A stretch of 62,406 bases of DNA, filler included, from Chiloscyllium plagiosum (Eukaryota): NCBI RefSeq assembly GCF_004010195.1. It is 4 parts of one record of this genome, joined end to end, with 100 filler letters (N's around TTAATTAATTAA, not from the genome) between each part and the next. Parts side by side here need not be neighbours in the genome. Positions count along the whole stretch, not along the records: positions 44,868 to 56,869 come from NC_057712.1; positions 56,970 to 62,406 come from NC_057712.1; 2 more parts are not named here. One strand, 5' to 3'. Shown here in pieces: positions 52,146 through 62,406 of the stretch. Made by a program: the position numbers and the translations under genes. The stretch's first letter is position 1, and every line of letters begins with the position of its first letter. The notes beneath the pieces were generated by a model, which was given only the letters and a program-made list of their open reading frames with translations, did no database searches and was not told where the DNA came from.

Positions 52146-54691
52146 GATTAACGAAGACATTTACTTTAAGAGCTCGTATCAATATGCTACAAAAATGGCA
52201 AGATTGAGCTTGGAATTGAGGAATATCTATTACGTATTCATAATTTTATACCAGTATAAATAAAACAGCTAAATAGTGGAAAGCCTTTTTATCTCAACTT
52301 GGTGTGTGTGTATCTGATCTACTTTGCGAATTAATATGGATGGGTGTGATTTATTCCTGTAAATTGTGTACAGAGTAGGGATTCTGCATTGTGATCCCTG
52401 TTTGCATGTGTCTCATGTGCGCAAGTATTAGTGCACAACAGAATAACTTAGATCATGACAATTGCAGACAACTTATGAGACTGCTTTCCCTCTGTCATTT
52501 GTGTCCTTAAAAGCAGCTTTTTTTCCCCAATCATAGCATTGGTCATTTACCCTAATGTCTCTTTCTTTGCCTTGGTGTTTATTTTTGTTTGCTTGATCAT
52601 GTTCCTGTGAAGTGCTTTGGAATTTTTTATTAAGTTGAAGGCACTATTTAAATACACAAGCAAATTTTTGACACTAAACATGGAAAACCAAGCAATGTAA
52701 TAACGTGGCTTTAATAAGCAGAATTGCTTCAGTTACCTGAAAATTTCTTTGGTCCCTTTCTATGAGCAAGGCTGATCTGTTTACTGAAATGTTCTTGTGA
52801 TGAGGATAATGACTTGTGGCCACTGCTGTGAAACTAGAATGGTACAGTTTGAAAAATATCAATCTTTTGTAGTTTTTTTTAAATCCATTACTAAAGGTGA
52901 ACATTGCTGGCAATGCTGGTTCATTTCTTCCTGAACAGTACATTAATAAGATGATAAAAGTATCCATTGACAGCAGTATGATGCAAAAATTTTTTTTGGC
53001 CTGCATCATATTTTGTACCAGATATTGAGCAATTAAACTGTTTACGGTGCAGAAAGAACTTAAACTGTTTACTGTGCAGCATAAGTGTTACTGAAATGTA
53101 GATGAGGTGATATTCTGAGTGTATCTAGGTATACTTTAAAAGTTTTGAATTAAGTTCAATATTGTTTTGATAGTATGTTCAACTTGAATGATTTCTACCT
53201 TCTAGCAAGTATTAGTATTCTATATGTAAATTGCCAATTATATTGAAAATTCAAAATATTTTGAAGATTTGCGATGGTTTTATCATATATGTTGCTCAGA
53301 TCAGTGAATTTAAAGACAACAGCCAGTTTTGAATGCTTTTAAAATTGGATTTAATTATTTCTAATTATTCTTAGCAGCATAATGCCACTCAGCTTTAATG
53401 GAAGGGACTGAAGAAAGGAAATGTTTAATAGGCAACACTTCAATCAATTGCTTTGTTTCTATAGGGTTTGAATCTATAACATTGTTAGTAAAGGGGAATC
53501 GTGCTTCTAGCATAATGAAGGAAGTAGGATTGCATGAAAGATGTCACATACTGAGAAAACATTTGGGTTTTATACTGTTTGTTTCACTGATTTAGGTCAT
53601 TCTTCAAATAAGAAGGAGTTTTTTTTTTTGTCCATTCCAAATTTGCTGATGTGGCTATCATCATTTGATGTGAGTGTTTTTCTTTTTGGCTTTGTTGTAC
53701 AAAATTTGATGTGCAATTGCATGTCTGATGGCCAGGAGTTTGGCCAATGTTAACAGAAATACAGAATGTGCAACAGATGTTTGCATTAAAAGCAGGAATT
53801 TGCAGGAGAATCTCAGCAGATTAGACAACATTTGTGGAGACAGGAACAGAGTTAACCTTTAGGGTTGAATATGAAGAATGGGAGTCGTATTTCTGACTGA
53901 TACTGACAAGATGAATGCCTGCTTAAGGTCCTCAATTGGCCCACTGACAGGCGAGCTGCCCGATACCTGCCATCCTGTCACTGATAGGATTAGGTTGGGG
54001 ATAGAGATGGGAATGTCGACAGTGAGCCAGCTGTTGGCTGTGTATTGCTTGCATCTCCCTCAACTTTCAGACCCACTTATGGAGAAGCATAAAATCCAAT
54101 CTGTTGTGTGCAATTGGACTTTGAGTTAAATGCCAGGTACTGACTGTCAAAAGTTTTTTTTTGTCAGCCTAGTTTCCTTCAACTTTTCTGAAATGTGACA
54201 GATTCTAATTTGTCTCAGAGCAACATCCAATTGTTTAATTTGGAAGTTGGGCTTTTCAAAGCACATTCTGCTTTCTGAGAAAATGCATAAATTTAACTTT
54301 TCAAACAATAAAATATGGTATTGTGCAATCTCTTTATACACTGGAGACCACAATGACTCTCTGTGGAATAAAATAGATGCAGACAATGGGCTAATTTAAA
54401 TTTGTAGTAATTTGAAACTTCTCCTATGGTTGTTGTAGTTTCACAAATTAATGGGTTGAGCTAGACCTTGGTCTAAAATTAAGACATAGACCCTGTAATC
54501 ATATTTTTGGTGAATTGATAAATGTCACAATTAAATAAATTGCACATCTGTTCTCTAATGCAATTTGACATAAAGCTGAGGTTAATAGATGGAAAAAACA
54601 CAGATGACTTGGTGATGGTGGGGGGGGGTGAAAAATTTTGTTGTGTGTAAACAGTATTTCTGAATATTAAAAAACACAAAGCTGAAGGCTA

Positions 54692-54805
54692 GGGCTATTG
54701 TGGTGCAGTGGTATTGTCCCTACTTCTGAACTAGGAGGCCCAGGTTTACGACCCACCTGGTCCAGAGATGTATAACATATAATTAGGTTGATTAGATAAT
54801 ATCTT
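54692..54805 (+). mobile_element. Short tRNA-like SINE
   Basis: TGTGGTGCAGTGGTATTGTCCCTAC...GGAGGCCCAGGTTTACGACCC with A/B-box-like head. Confidence 0.55.
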
Positions 54806-54864
54806 AAGTTGAAGTCTTTCAGCATTTGCCAAGACATTACAATTCTAGAGGGTGATTGAAGGAA

Positions 54865-54975
54865 GGAAAAGCTTGCATTCATATAGCAGCTTTCACAACT
54901 CTCGGATGCTCTCAAAACATTTTACAGTCCTTGAAGTACTTTACATTTTATAATTTACTGTTGTGGTGCAGGAAT
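54865..54975 (+). mobile_element. DeuSINE-like central-domain fragment
   Basis: CTTGCATTCATATAGCAGCTTTCACAAC...CTCAAAACATTTACAG...TGAAGTACTT resembles the Deu domain as I recall it. A related piece lies at about 58830-58910. Confidence 0.45.
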
Positions 54976-55101
54976 GTAAATGTTATCTTTGAATTCCTGG
55001 TGTCCTAGCCTTCAATCAACATCAAAACCAATATCTGGTCATTGTTCCAGTATAAGCAGTTGAATCAAATCTCCACAGCTGCTGACCATATTGTATGGAT
55101 A

Positions 55102-55319
55102 CTGAAAATGTGTTGCTGGAAAAGCGCAGCAGGTCAGGCAGCATCCAAGGAGCAGGAGAATCGATGTTTTGGGCATGAGCCCTTCTTCAGGAATCTGAGG
55201 GCTCATGCCCGAAACGTCGATTCTCCTGCTCCTTGGATGCTGCCTGACTTGCTGCACTTTTCCAGCAACACATTTTCAGCTCTGATCTCCAGCATCTCCA
55301 GTCCTCACTTTCTCCTAGA
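55102..55319. mobile_element. PLE family A palindromic mini-element
   Basis: Inverted arms. TSD ATATTGTATGGATA at 55088-55101 and 55320-55333. Confidence 0.9.
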
Positions 55320-56644
55320 ATATTGTATGGATATACCACTTACAACTCTGTATAAGCTATTGCCATCTCTTCCTTAAGCATAGAAAGCTACAGGACCTGC
55401 TTGCTCCAGTATGATAGGGGAAAACTACTTTCTGCTCCAACTCAAAGAGTTTCTGTTGTTAATTGTCCCAATCTGGGGAGTAATAACTGTATCATAATGC
55501 TGCAATATCCTCTCATTATAATTCAAGACTTGAGGCTAAGCCTGTTAAATTTCAGAAGAATTCTTCAGTGCAATTGCCATGATACAAGTCCTAGGAGTCG
55601 CAACCTAATTTTTGTGTTAACTATGCTTTTCCCCTGTGGTGGCAAAAGGAAAAAAAAATCAGTACTTAACCACCAGGAGAAATATCCATTGACCGCATAT
55701 AATTAGAAATGGAAATAATTATAGGGCAATTATTTCCCCTATAATTATTTCCAGGGCAATTGTGTTGCAGAAATTATTGTTTTATTGTCAACAGGTTAAC
55801 ATCAGTTTAGCAGAACCGAGCTCACAGTTTGCGCACATAGTCTAATTTGCATTCACTTCCCTTCAGTTCTGTCCCCAAAGTTTGGGGACTTCTTTTAATC
55901 AGCTAATTCCTGTTAGCCACATAGGGGTGATGCAGTGATAGGTCATTTTTCAGCATTAATAGTGTTAAACTTTATAAATTGGTGCAAGTGTCTCATGGCA
56001 GTGGATGCAGAGTATTTGCAAAGCTCTCAAGTCCACCTTTCAAAGAAAGGGACATTGACCAAGCTACCTTCATAGCCGAGTTAGTTATAAGAGGAGATCT
56101 GATGTCGGCAGATTCAAATATATAAGGGATCAGTTAATTTACTTCTCACATGCCATAAGCTTGGAGAAAACTGTGGAACAGAGTATAACTTTGATGCTAA
56201 GGTGACAACATTACAAGTTAATCTCAGCATGTGAGTGAAATAAAGCTGCAAGTTCTTACTAAATTATAAATCCCTGTTTTGCTGAGGAATTACTTAATTC
56301 GGGAGCTCATCAAGACTGCTTAAACTAGTTTCATATAGGAACCTTTATCGTTTACACAGGATCACAGAATTGTTTCACACAGAAGAGCTCACTTGGCCTC
56401 TTGCATCTGCACTGACTCACAGTGCAATGCACCTCATCGTCTGCCTATGACAATGGAAATTCTTCCTTTTCAGACCTAATCATTGAACACTATGAATTTG
56501 CCTCCTTTGCATTGAATTTGATTCATGGCAGTGAAAAGACTGTGCTGTAGTTCTGTGTCAGTTCTTTGTTTAAAAGCTTCAAATGCTCTTTGTCATATTC
56601 ATTACATTTTTGAAGTAATTTATAGCACAAGAAGCATCTTGGAA

Positions 56645-56742
56645 TAAAAACAAAGTTGGTAGAAAAGCTCAGCAGGATTGGCAGCATCTGTGAAGAGAAA
56701 TCAGAGTTAACTTTTCGGGTCCAGTGATCCTTCTTCTGAACT
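56645..56742 (-). mobile_element. PLE family E remnant with decayed hammerhead-like motif
   Basis: agtt-CAGAAGA-AGGATCACTGGACCC-GAAAAGTT-aact on the minus strand. Confidence 0.6.
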
Positions 56743-56744
56743 CA

Positions 56745-56869
56745 TGATTTGGAGATGCCGGTGTTGGACTGGGGTGTACAAAGTTAAAAATCACACAACA
56801 CCAGGTTATAGTCCAACAGGTTTAATTGGAAGCACACTAGCTTTTGGAGCGACGCTCCTTCATCAGGTG
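56745..56869 (-). mobile_element. PLE family B terminal repeat
   Basis: Matches 50386-50450 directly and 50506-50590 in reverse complement. Cut by the spacer. Confidence 0.8.
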
Positions 56870-56969
56870 NNNNNNNNNNNNNNNNNNNNNNNNNNNNNNN
56901 NNNNNNNNNNNNNTTAATTAATTAANNNNNNNNNNNNNNNNNNNNNNNNNNNNNNNNNNNNNNNNNNNN
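56870..56969. other. Artificial 100-bp scaffolding spacer
   Basis: 44N-TTAATTAATTAA-44N. Confidence 0.95.
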
Positions 56970-57272
56970 CCCCACCCCAGCAACTCCAATGACATGCAAG
57001 TCCTGGGCCTCCTCCACCGCCAAACTCTAGCCACCCAACGCCTGGAGGAAGAACACCTCATCTTCCACCTTGGGACTCTCTAACTGCACGGAATCAATGT
57101 AGATTTCACCAGTTTCTTAATTTGTCACCCCCCAACCTTATCCCAGATCCAACCTTCCAACGTGGAACAGCTCTCTTGAACTGTCTACCTATCCATCTTC
57201 CTTCCCACCTATCCACTCCATCTTCCACTCTGACCTATCACCATTACCCTCTACCTTCATCTACCTTTCATC
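56970..57272 (+). mobile_element. PLE 3' region (GIY-YIG C-terminus and C-rich tail)
   Basis: DMQVLGLLHRQTLATQRLEEEHLIFHLGTL*LHGINVDF. Confidence 0.75.
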
Positions 57273-57275
57273 AAG

Positions 57276-57522
57276 GGGTGGCACGGTGACTCAGTAGTTA
57301 GCATTGCTACCTCAGAGCACCAGGATCCCCAGTTCGATTCCTGCCTCTGGCAACTTTCTATGTGAAGCATGCACATTCTCCCCGAGTCTACATGGGTTTC
57401 TTCTGGGTACTCTGGTTTCCTCCCACAGTCCAAAGGTGTGCAGGTCAGATGCTAAATTGCCTGTAGTATTAGGTGCATTAGTCAGAGGGAAATGGGTCTG
57501 GGTTACTTTTCAGAGGGTCGGC
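57276..57522 (+). mobile_element. HE1-type SINE, older and truncated
   Basis: GGGTGGCACGGTGACTCAGTAGTTAGCATTGCT...AGTTCGATTCC. Confidence 0.8.
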
Positions 57523-57886
57523 AGCTCAAGAAGTTACTGCACAGCCCTTCTTTGTAAAAGAGAGAATAAGTCAGGTAATGTTTAGGAAATTTATTTGGAT
57601 TTTGTTAAGTTATTACAAAGCAATGTCTCACACAATATAGTAAAGTAGGGTGGATGAAAATCATCCTTATTACCAAAAACAACTGTCCACATAGGACTCT
57701 TGTCCCAAATACAAGGCAGTCTCTCCAAACTCCGAATGAAAGGGAATAATTAATCTTATGTTGATAGACAATGGGGGTCTTAACAATGGAACTTACTTCA
57801 TTAATGGTCACATCAATGACAACTTGCATTTGAAGAACAACCCTCCTGAGAGACTCCTCACAGGAACTGCATTCCTTCATGCTTGG

Positions 57887-58642
57887 TGTTATGAAGTTTA
57901 AGGTGTGTACTGTATTTTAAAGAAAGAGTGAAAGCTGAAAGCTGGCCAGCATCTGTCATGTGACTGATTGGCAGTCATAGACTGTGCTGGAAAATTGAAA
58001 GATATAACATTTGGCTGTAACCTAGATACCTCAATTGTTTTCACAGCAGTTCAAATTTAACCAGTCAGATTAACTTATACCACAGGATACTAAAACCCAA
58101 TCGAATTAGAATTTTACTGTTTTGACAACATTGAACCAATGAGACAATCTGATGTTTGGGGTATTAAAAAAAACAGGCATTTTGGACAGTTAGCCAGGAA
58201 GAGCACCAACTGCATTGAAAGATTGCTATTTACCACACTCTCTGTCAAAGGTATCATGTTCATATGAAACATCTTTGCAGCAGAAGACCAAAGATGACGC
58301 AGGGAGATTTACAAACAGAGGAAGATTGACACCAGAAATGACAGTTGCCATGTGGTTTTGAAAATTAAGTTGCTGTCAATTTACTAGGGGCTTTATTGGA
58401 TCAATATATTGTTATAGATTGGGTGGTAGATAACAAATCTTTAAGAGAAAGGAGGCTTAGAGTTGTAAATAGTTGTTGTTTAATGTTCACTTTTAGCATT
58501 AAAGAACCAATTTGATATTTTTGTAAAATAGTGGAATTTGGGTAGTTCTCTGTCACTCATACTTTAACCGATCACGAGGCAGGGTGAGCTTTTCTGTGTG
58601 TTTGGTTGAATTATCAGAGGGCTTTACCGCTGTGTCATAACA
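57887..58642 (+). mobile_element. Solo LTR
   Basis: TGTTATGA...TCATAACA termini and internal similarity to the reverse complement of 28693-29289. Confidence 0.8.
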
Positions 58643-59639
58643 TCAGATTCCTGACCAAAGGGAAATATGATCCCTCCTGAGAAGCCCTGACAAGCAGAAT
58701 ACCGGAAACTAGACTCAAACAATCATTAGGACAGATAGTGAGGATTGTTTCTTTGCAGAAAATGTCTTTGAATTTCCAAATTGAGCAAAGAAACCCGAAA
58801 ATCTTCCAGAAAGAAAAATAAATGAGAAAGTATTCCATAACCCCAGGTGGTTCAAAACATTTTATTGTCAATGAAGTACTCTTAATGTGTTGTTGCTGCA
58901 ATGTTAGAATCTCTCTAGAATTAAAATGGACTGAACTGTCTTTCACATCTACAATAATCTTATAAGTTTTGTGTTATCTCTCAATTAAGACCTCAATGAT
59001 ATTGGTCTTCACACCTTGGGGTAGCCCTAGTATGTTTAACATAAATTCCTTCTGTTACCTCTAATTAAGTAGATTTCTCATTATTTTGATTAACGACTAT
59101 TCAACTGTGTTTGAGGCCAGCCCAGTTGCAGTTTTAATGAACCTCTGTTTGTGTTATCACTCTTCACAGCAATGGAAAGCATTCATGGGGAACTCTGTTG
59201 CAAGCAAAATTTCAGAATGAAAATATTAGAAGCTACAGTGATAGATATTTGTGTCATTATTTGAAAAGGATAATTGAATATTTTGATGCCAAAGCTTATC
59301 TTACAATGACCAAAGAATGGGAATAAAATTCTAAAAATTGCTTGAGGGTGATTTCTTAAGTTGGATTGGCACTATTTCTGCCCTATCTAACAAACTGGAA
59401 ACGAAAGGGGTGGGCGGATATATAAATATAAGATAGTGACTAATAACTAATCAGTAATTCAGTAGAAACTTCTATGCCCAGAGAAAGATTAGAATGTTGA
59501 CTTCATAGATTAGATGAGTAAACATGCTCTGTTAGATGTGCTGAATGGATGATCCATCTTGGCCTCTTCCTGAGCTCTCCACATTCATTGATGCCAGCAC
59601 TCAGCTGATTTAATTCACTTCACATTCTATCAAGAAATA

Positions 59640-60636
59640 GCTGAAGACACTGGATAAGTATTTTAAGGGGTTCTTTTTCATGTTGACAACCCATAATCAG
59701 TGGGCTTCCGTAGGGATCAATACTGGGTCTATAATTGTTTACAATGAATATAAATGTCTGAGAGGAATGAAACAGACACCACAACAATATATAGAAAGGC
59801 AAGTTATGAGAGGAATGAAAATATTTACAGAGTAATACTGATAGATTAAGTAAGTGGAGAAAAAGTTGGCAAATGAAATACAAAATGAAAAATGCAAACT
59901 TGTTCATTTTGGAAGGAAGAATAAAAGTACACAGTATTACTTCAATTGAGAAAAAAAAAACTTTCAAAAGTTGCAACACAAAGAAACTTGGGGATACTTG
60001 TGCATAATACACGAAAAGTTAGAACACAGGTGCTCAGCATGTACTCAGTAAGGTTACTGGAATGTTAGCTCTTATTTCAAAGGGATTGGTGTATGAAAGT
60101 AGAGAAGTCTGACTGCAACTGTACAAGGTGCCAGTGAGACCACATTTGGAATACTGTGAGCAGTTTGAGGCAGTTCAAAGAAGGTCCACCGGTATAGAGG
60201 AATCGTCTTATGATCAAAGATTAAACAGCTCGAGACTCTACTTAGTGGAGTTTAAAAGAATGAGAGGTTATCTCATTGAATTATAGAGGATTCCTAAGAG
60301 GCTTGACAGGGTGAATGCTGACAGGGTGTTTTCTCTCATGGGAGTGTCTAAGACCAGTCAGTCTCAGAATTAAGGGTTGCCAATTTATGTGTGAGATGAA
60401 GAGGAATTTCTTCTCTCAGAGTGTTATGAGTCTTTGGGGAATTCTTTGCCATGCAGAGCTGGAGGGCATACATCTTTGTGTATATTTAAGGCTGAGATAG
60501 ATTTTTGGTCAGTAGGGGAACCAAGGGTTATTGGGGAAAGGTAGGAAAGTAGCAGCGAAGAAAGTCAGATCAGCCATTGTCCTACTGAATGACAGAGCAG
60601 GCTTGAGGGGCTAACTCCTGTTCCAATTTCCAAAGT
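59640..60636 (+). mobile_element. Old CR1 LINE RT/3' end
   Basis: TGGCAAATGAAATACAA, GTGAGACCACATTTGGAATACTGTGAGCAG and GAGGAATTTCTTCTCTCAGAG. Confidence 0.8.
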
Positions 60637-60972
60637 GGGCGGCACGGTGGCACAGTGGTTAGCACTGCTGCCTCACAGCGCCCGAGACCCGGGTTCAGTT
60701 CCCGCCTCAGGCGACTGACTGTGTGGAGTTTGCACGTTCTCCCCGTGTCTGCGTGGGTTTCCTCCGGGTGCTCCAGTTTCCTCCCACAGTCCAAAGATGT
60801 GCAGGTCAGATGAATTGGCCATGCTAAATTGCCCCGTAGTGTTAGGTAAGGGGTAAATGTAGGGATATGGGTGGGTTGCGCTTCGGCGGGGCGGTGTGGA
60901 CTTGTTGGGTCGAAGGGTCTGTTTCCACACTGTAAGTATTCTAATCTAATCTAATCTAATATAATCTAATCT
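60637..60972 (+). mobile_element. HE1-type SINE, young
   Basis: A box TGGCACAGTGG, B box GGTTCAGTTCC, retained CpGs and (CTAAT)n tail. Imperfect TSD AATTTCCAAAGT / AATTTCTCAAGT. Confidence 0.9.
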
Positions 60973-61244
60973 AATTTCTCAAGTTTATTGTCTTATGGGT
61001 AATGTAAAGACTAATGGATCTTGACAGCATCTGACACCTATCTGAAAATGTGGGAAATTGAATTGATATGTCCTGCCCACAAGAAGTACCAACAAATCAA
61101 ACCCAATGAATTACTCTCAACTATGAGTAATGTGATGATGTCATCCAAAATACCATCAAATGGTAGTTACACAGCAATAACCTGCTAAATGACACTTAGT
61201 TTGGTTTCGACCAATGCTAGTCAGCTCCTTACCCCATGACAGCT

Positions 61245-61990
61245 TTCATCTAGATTCAACCAAAGACCTGAATTCCAGAGCTGAGGTGGGAGTCACAACA
61301 TTTGACCCTCGGGAAATATTTGACTGAATTTAAAGTCAGGGAATCTGAATCAAATTTAAGTCAACGAAAATCAAAGGGAGACCAAAGGGTGTCTTTCCAT
61401 GTTATCACAAACTTGGTTAGAGTCATATGCAGCATAATGGAAGGCAATTGTGGTTATTGGAGGCCAATAACCTTAGCCATAAACATTGCTGAAGGAGTTC
61501 TACAGGGAAGTCCCAAAGACCCACCTTTCTCAGTTGTCTACCTCTATTAGAAGGTCAGAAGTGGAGATGTTTGCAGCACAATTCAATTCCATAGATACCG
61601 AAGCATCTGTTTTTATATGTAACAAGACCCTGACAACATCTAGGCTTGTGTTGATGAATGACAAGTAATATTTATACCACACAAATACCATCCTGATTAA
61701 GAGTGAATCTCATCATCTTCTCATAACATTCCACAATAGACCTATGCTGCATCCCATACCAGCAACACCCTGGAAACTGGCTGTAAGTTCCCATCAAGTC
61801 ACACATCATCTAGACTTGGAACTATGTTACTGTTCCAGCACTGGTATCTGATCAAAATCCTGAAACTCCCTCCCTGTAGCCTTGTGGGTGTTGCGACACC
61901 TCAATTACTGCAGCAGTTGAAGCAAGTGGCTCATCAACAACCATAATAATAAAAGATAGCTTGGCCAGCAATACACACATCAAATAATAG
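61245..61990 (+). mobile_element. Second LINE family, heavily decayed RT/3' end
   Basis: Colinear similarity to about 13000-14220. Confidence 0.6.
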
Positions 61991-62159
61991 ATTTTTTTAA
62001 AAATGAGGCATGCAATATAAGAGGGTGTTTAATAAATGCACAAGGGACAAAGCTATAGAAGAATATCTTGATAGTACCAGAGGTATTAAGTCTGGAAGAA
62101 GCTCATTGGAAGTATAAACACCAAAGCATGGATGATTAGGCTGAATGATCTTTTTTAAA

Positions 62160-62406
62160 CATAGAACATAGAACATAGAACATAGAAGAATACAGCGCAG
62201 TACAGGCCCTTCGGCCCTCGATGTTGCGCCGATCCAAGCCCACCTAACCTACACTAGCCCACTATCCTCCATATGCCTATCCAATGCCCGCTTAAATGCC
62301 CATAATGAGGGAGAGTCCACCACTGCTACTGGCAGGGCATTCCATGAACTCACGACTCACTGAGTAAAGAACCTACCCCTAACATCTCTCCTATACCTAC
62401 CCCCCC
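62160..62406 (-). mobile_element. CR1 3' end with (ATAGAAC)n tail, running off the window
   Basis: CATAGAACATAGAACATAGAACATAGAA then TACAGCGCAGTACAGGCCCTTCGGCCC. Confidence 0.85.

Noticed and set aside
52212..52220. GGAATTGAG (also GGCTTTGAAACGGAATT at 30754-30770) as the next SH3YL1 exon
   Set aside because: No upstream WSAPSAIG coding match and no GT donor; chance similarity.

Overview
Repeat-dense vertebrate genomic DNA, almost certainly from a shark or ray, judged from HE1-type tRNA/V-SINEs and abundant CR1 LINEs. The only recognisable host coding sequence is one 114-nt internal exon of SH3YL1 (14511-14624, +), so the window is essentially intronic. A CpG-enriched, promoter-like segment at about 48.4-49.2 kb ends in an ATG-only exon (ATG|GTAAGT, +). 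This may be an internal alternative first exon of SH3YL1 or the start of another gene. The rest is nested mobile DNA: many CR1 copies (two with zinc-finger/esterase ORF1), a second CR1-superclade LINE family, L2 and RTE fragments, a young Tx1/L1-clade 3' fragment, and a full-length decayed Gmr1-like Gypsy element (integrase before RT). There are also two solo LTRs, a PIF/Harbinger transposase relic, and more than 20 Penelope-like element (PLE) remnants from about five families. The PLE remnants carry minimal type-I hammerhead ribozyme motifs whose stems covary between families. Many are short fold-back insertions with 12-16 bp target-site duplications (TSDs). Five assembly gaps are present, three of them artificial 100-bp spacers containing TTAATTAATTAA. 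Repeat boundaries are approximate unless a TSD is quoted. Family names come from by-eye recognition, not a database search.
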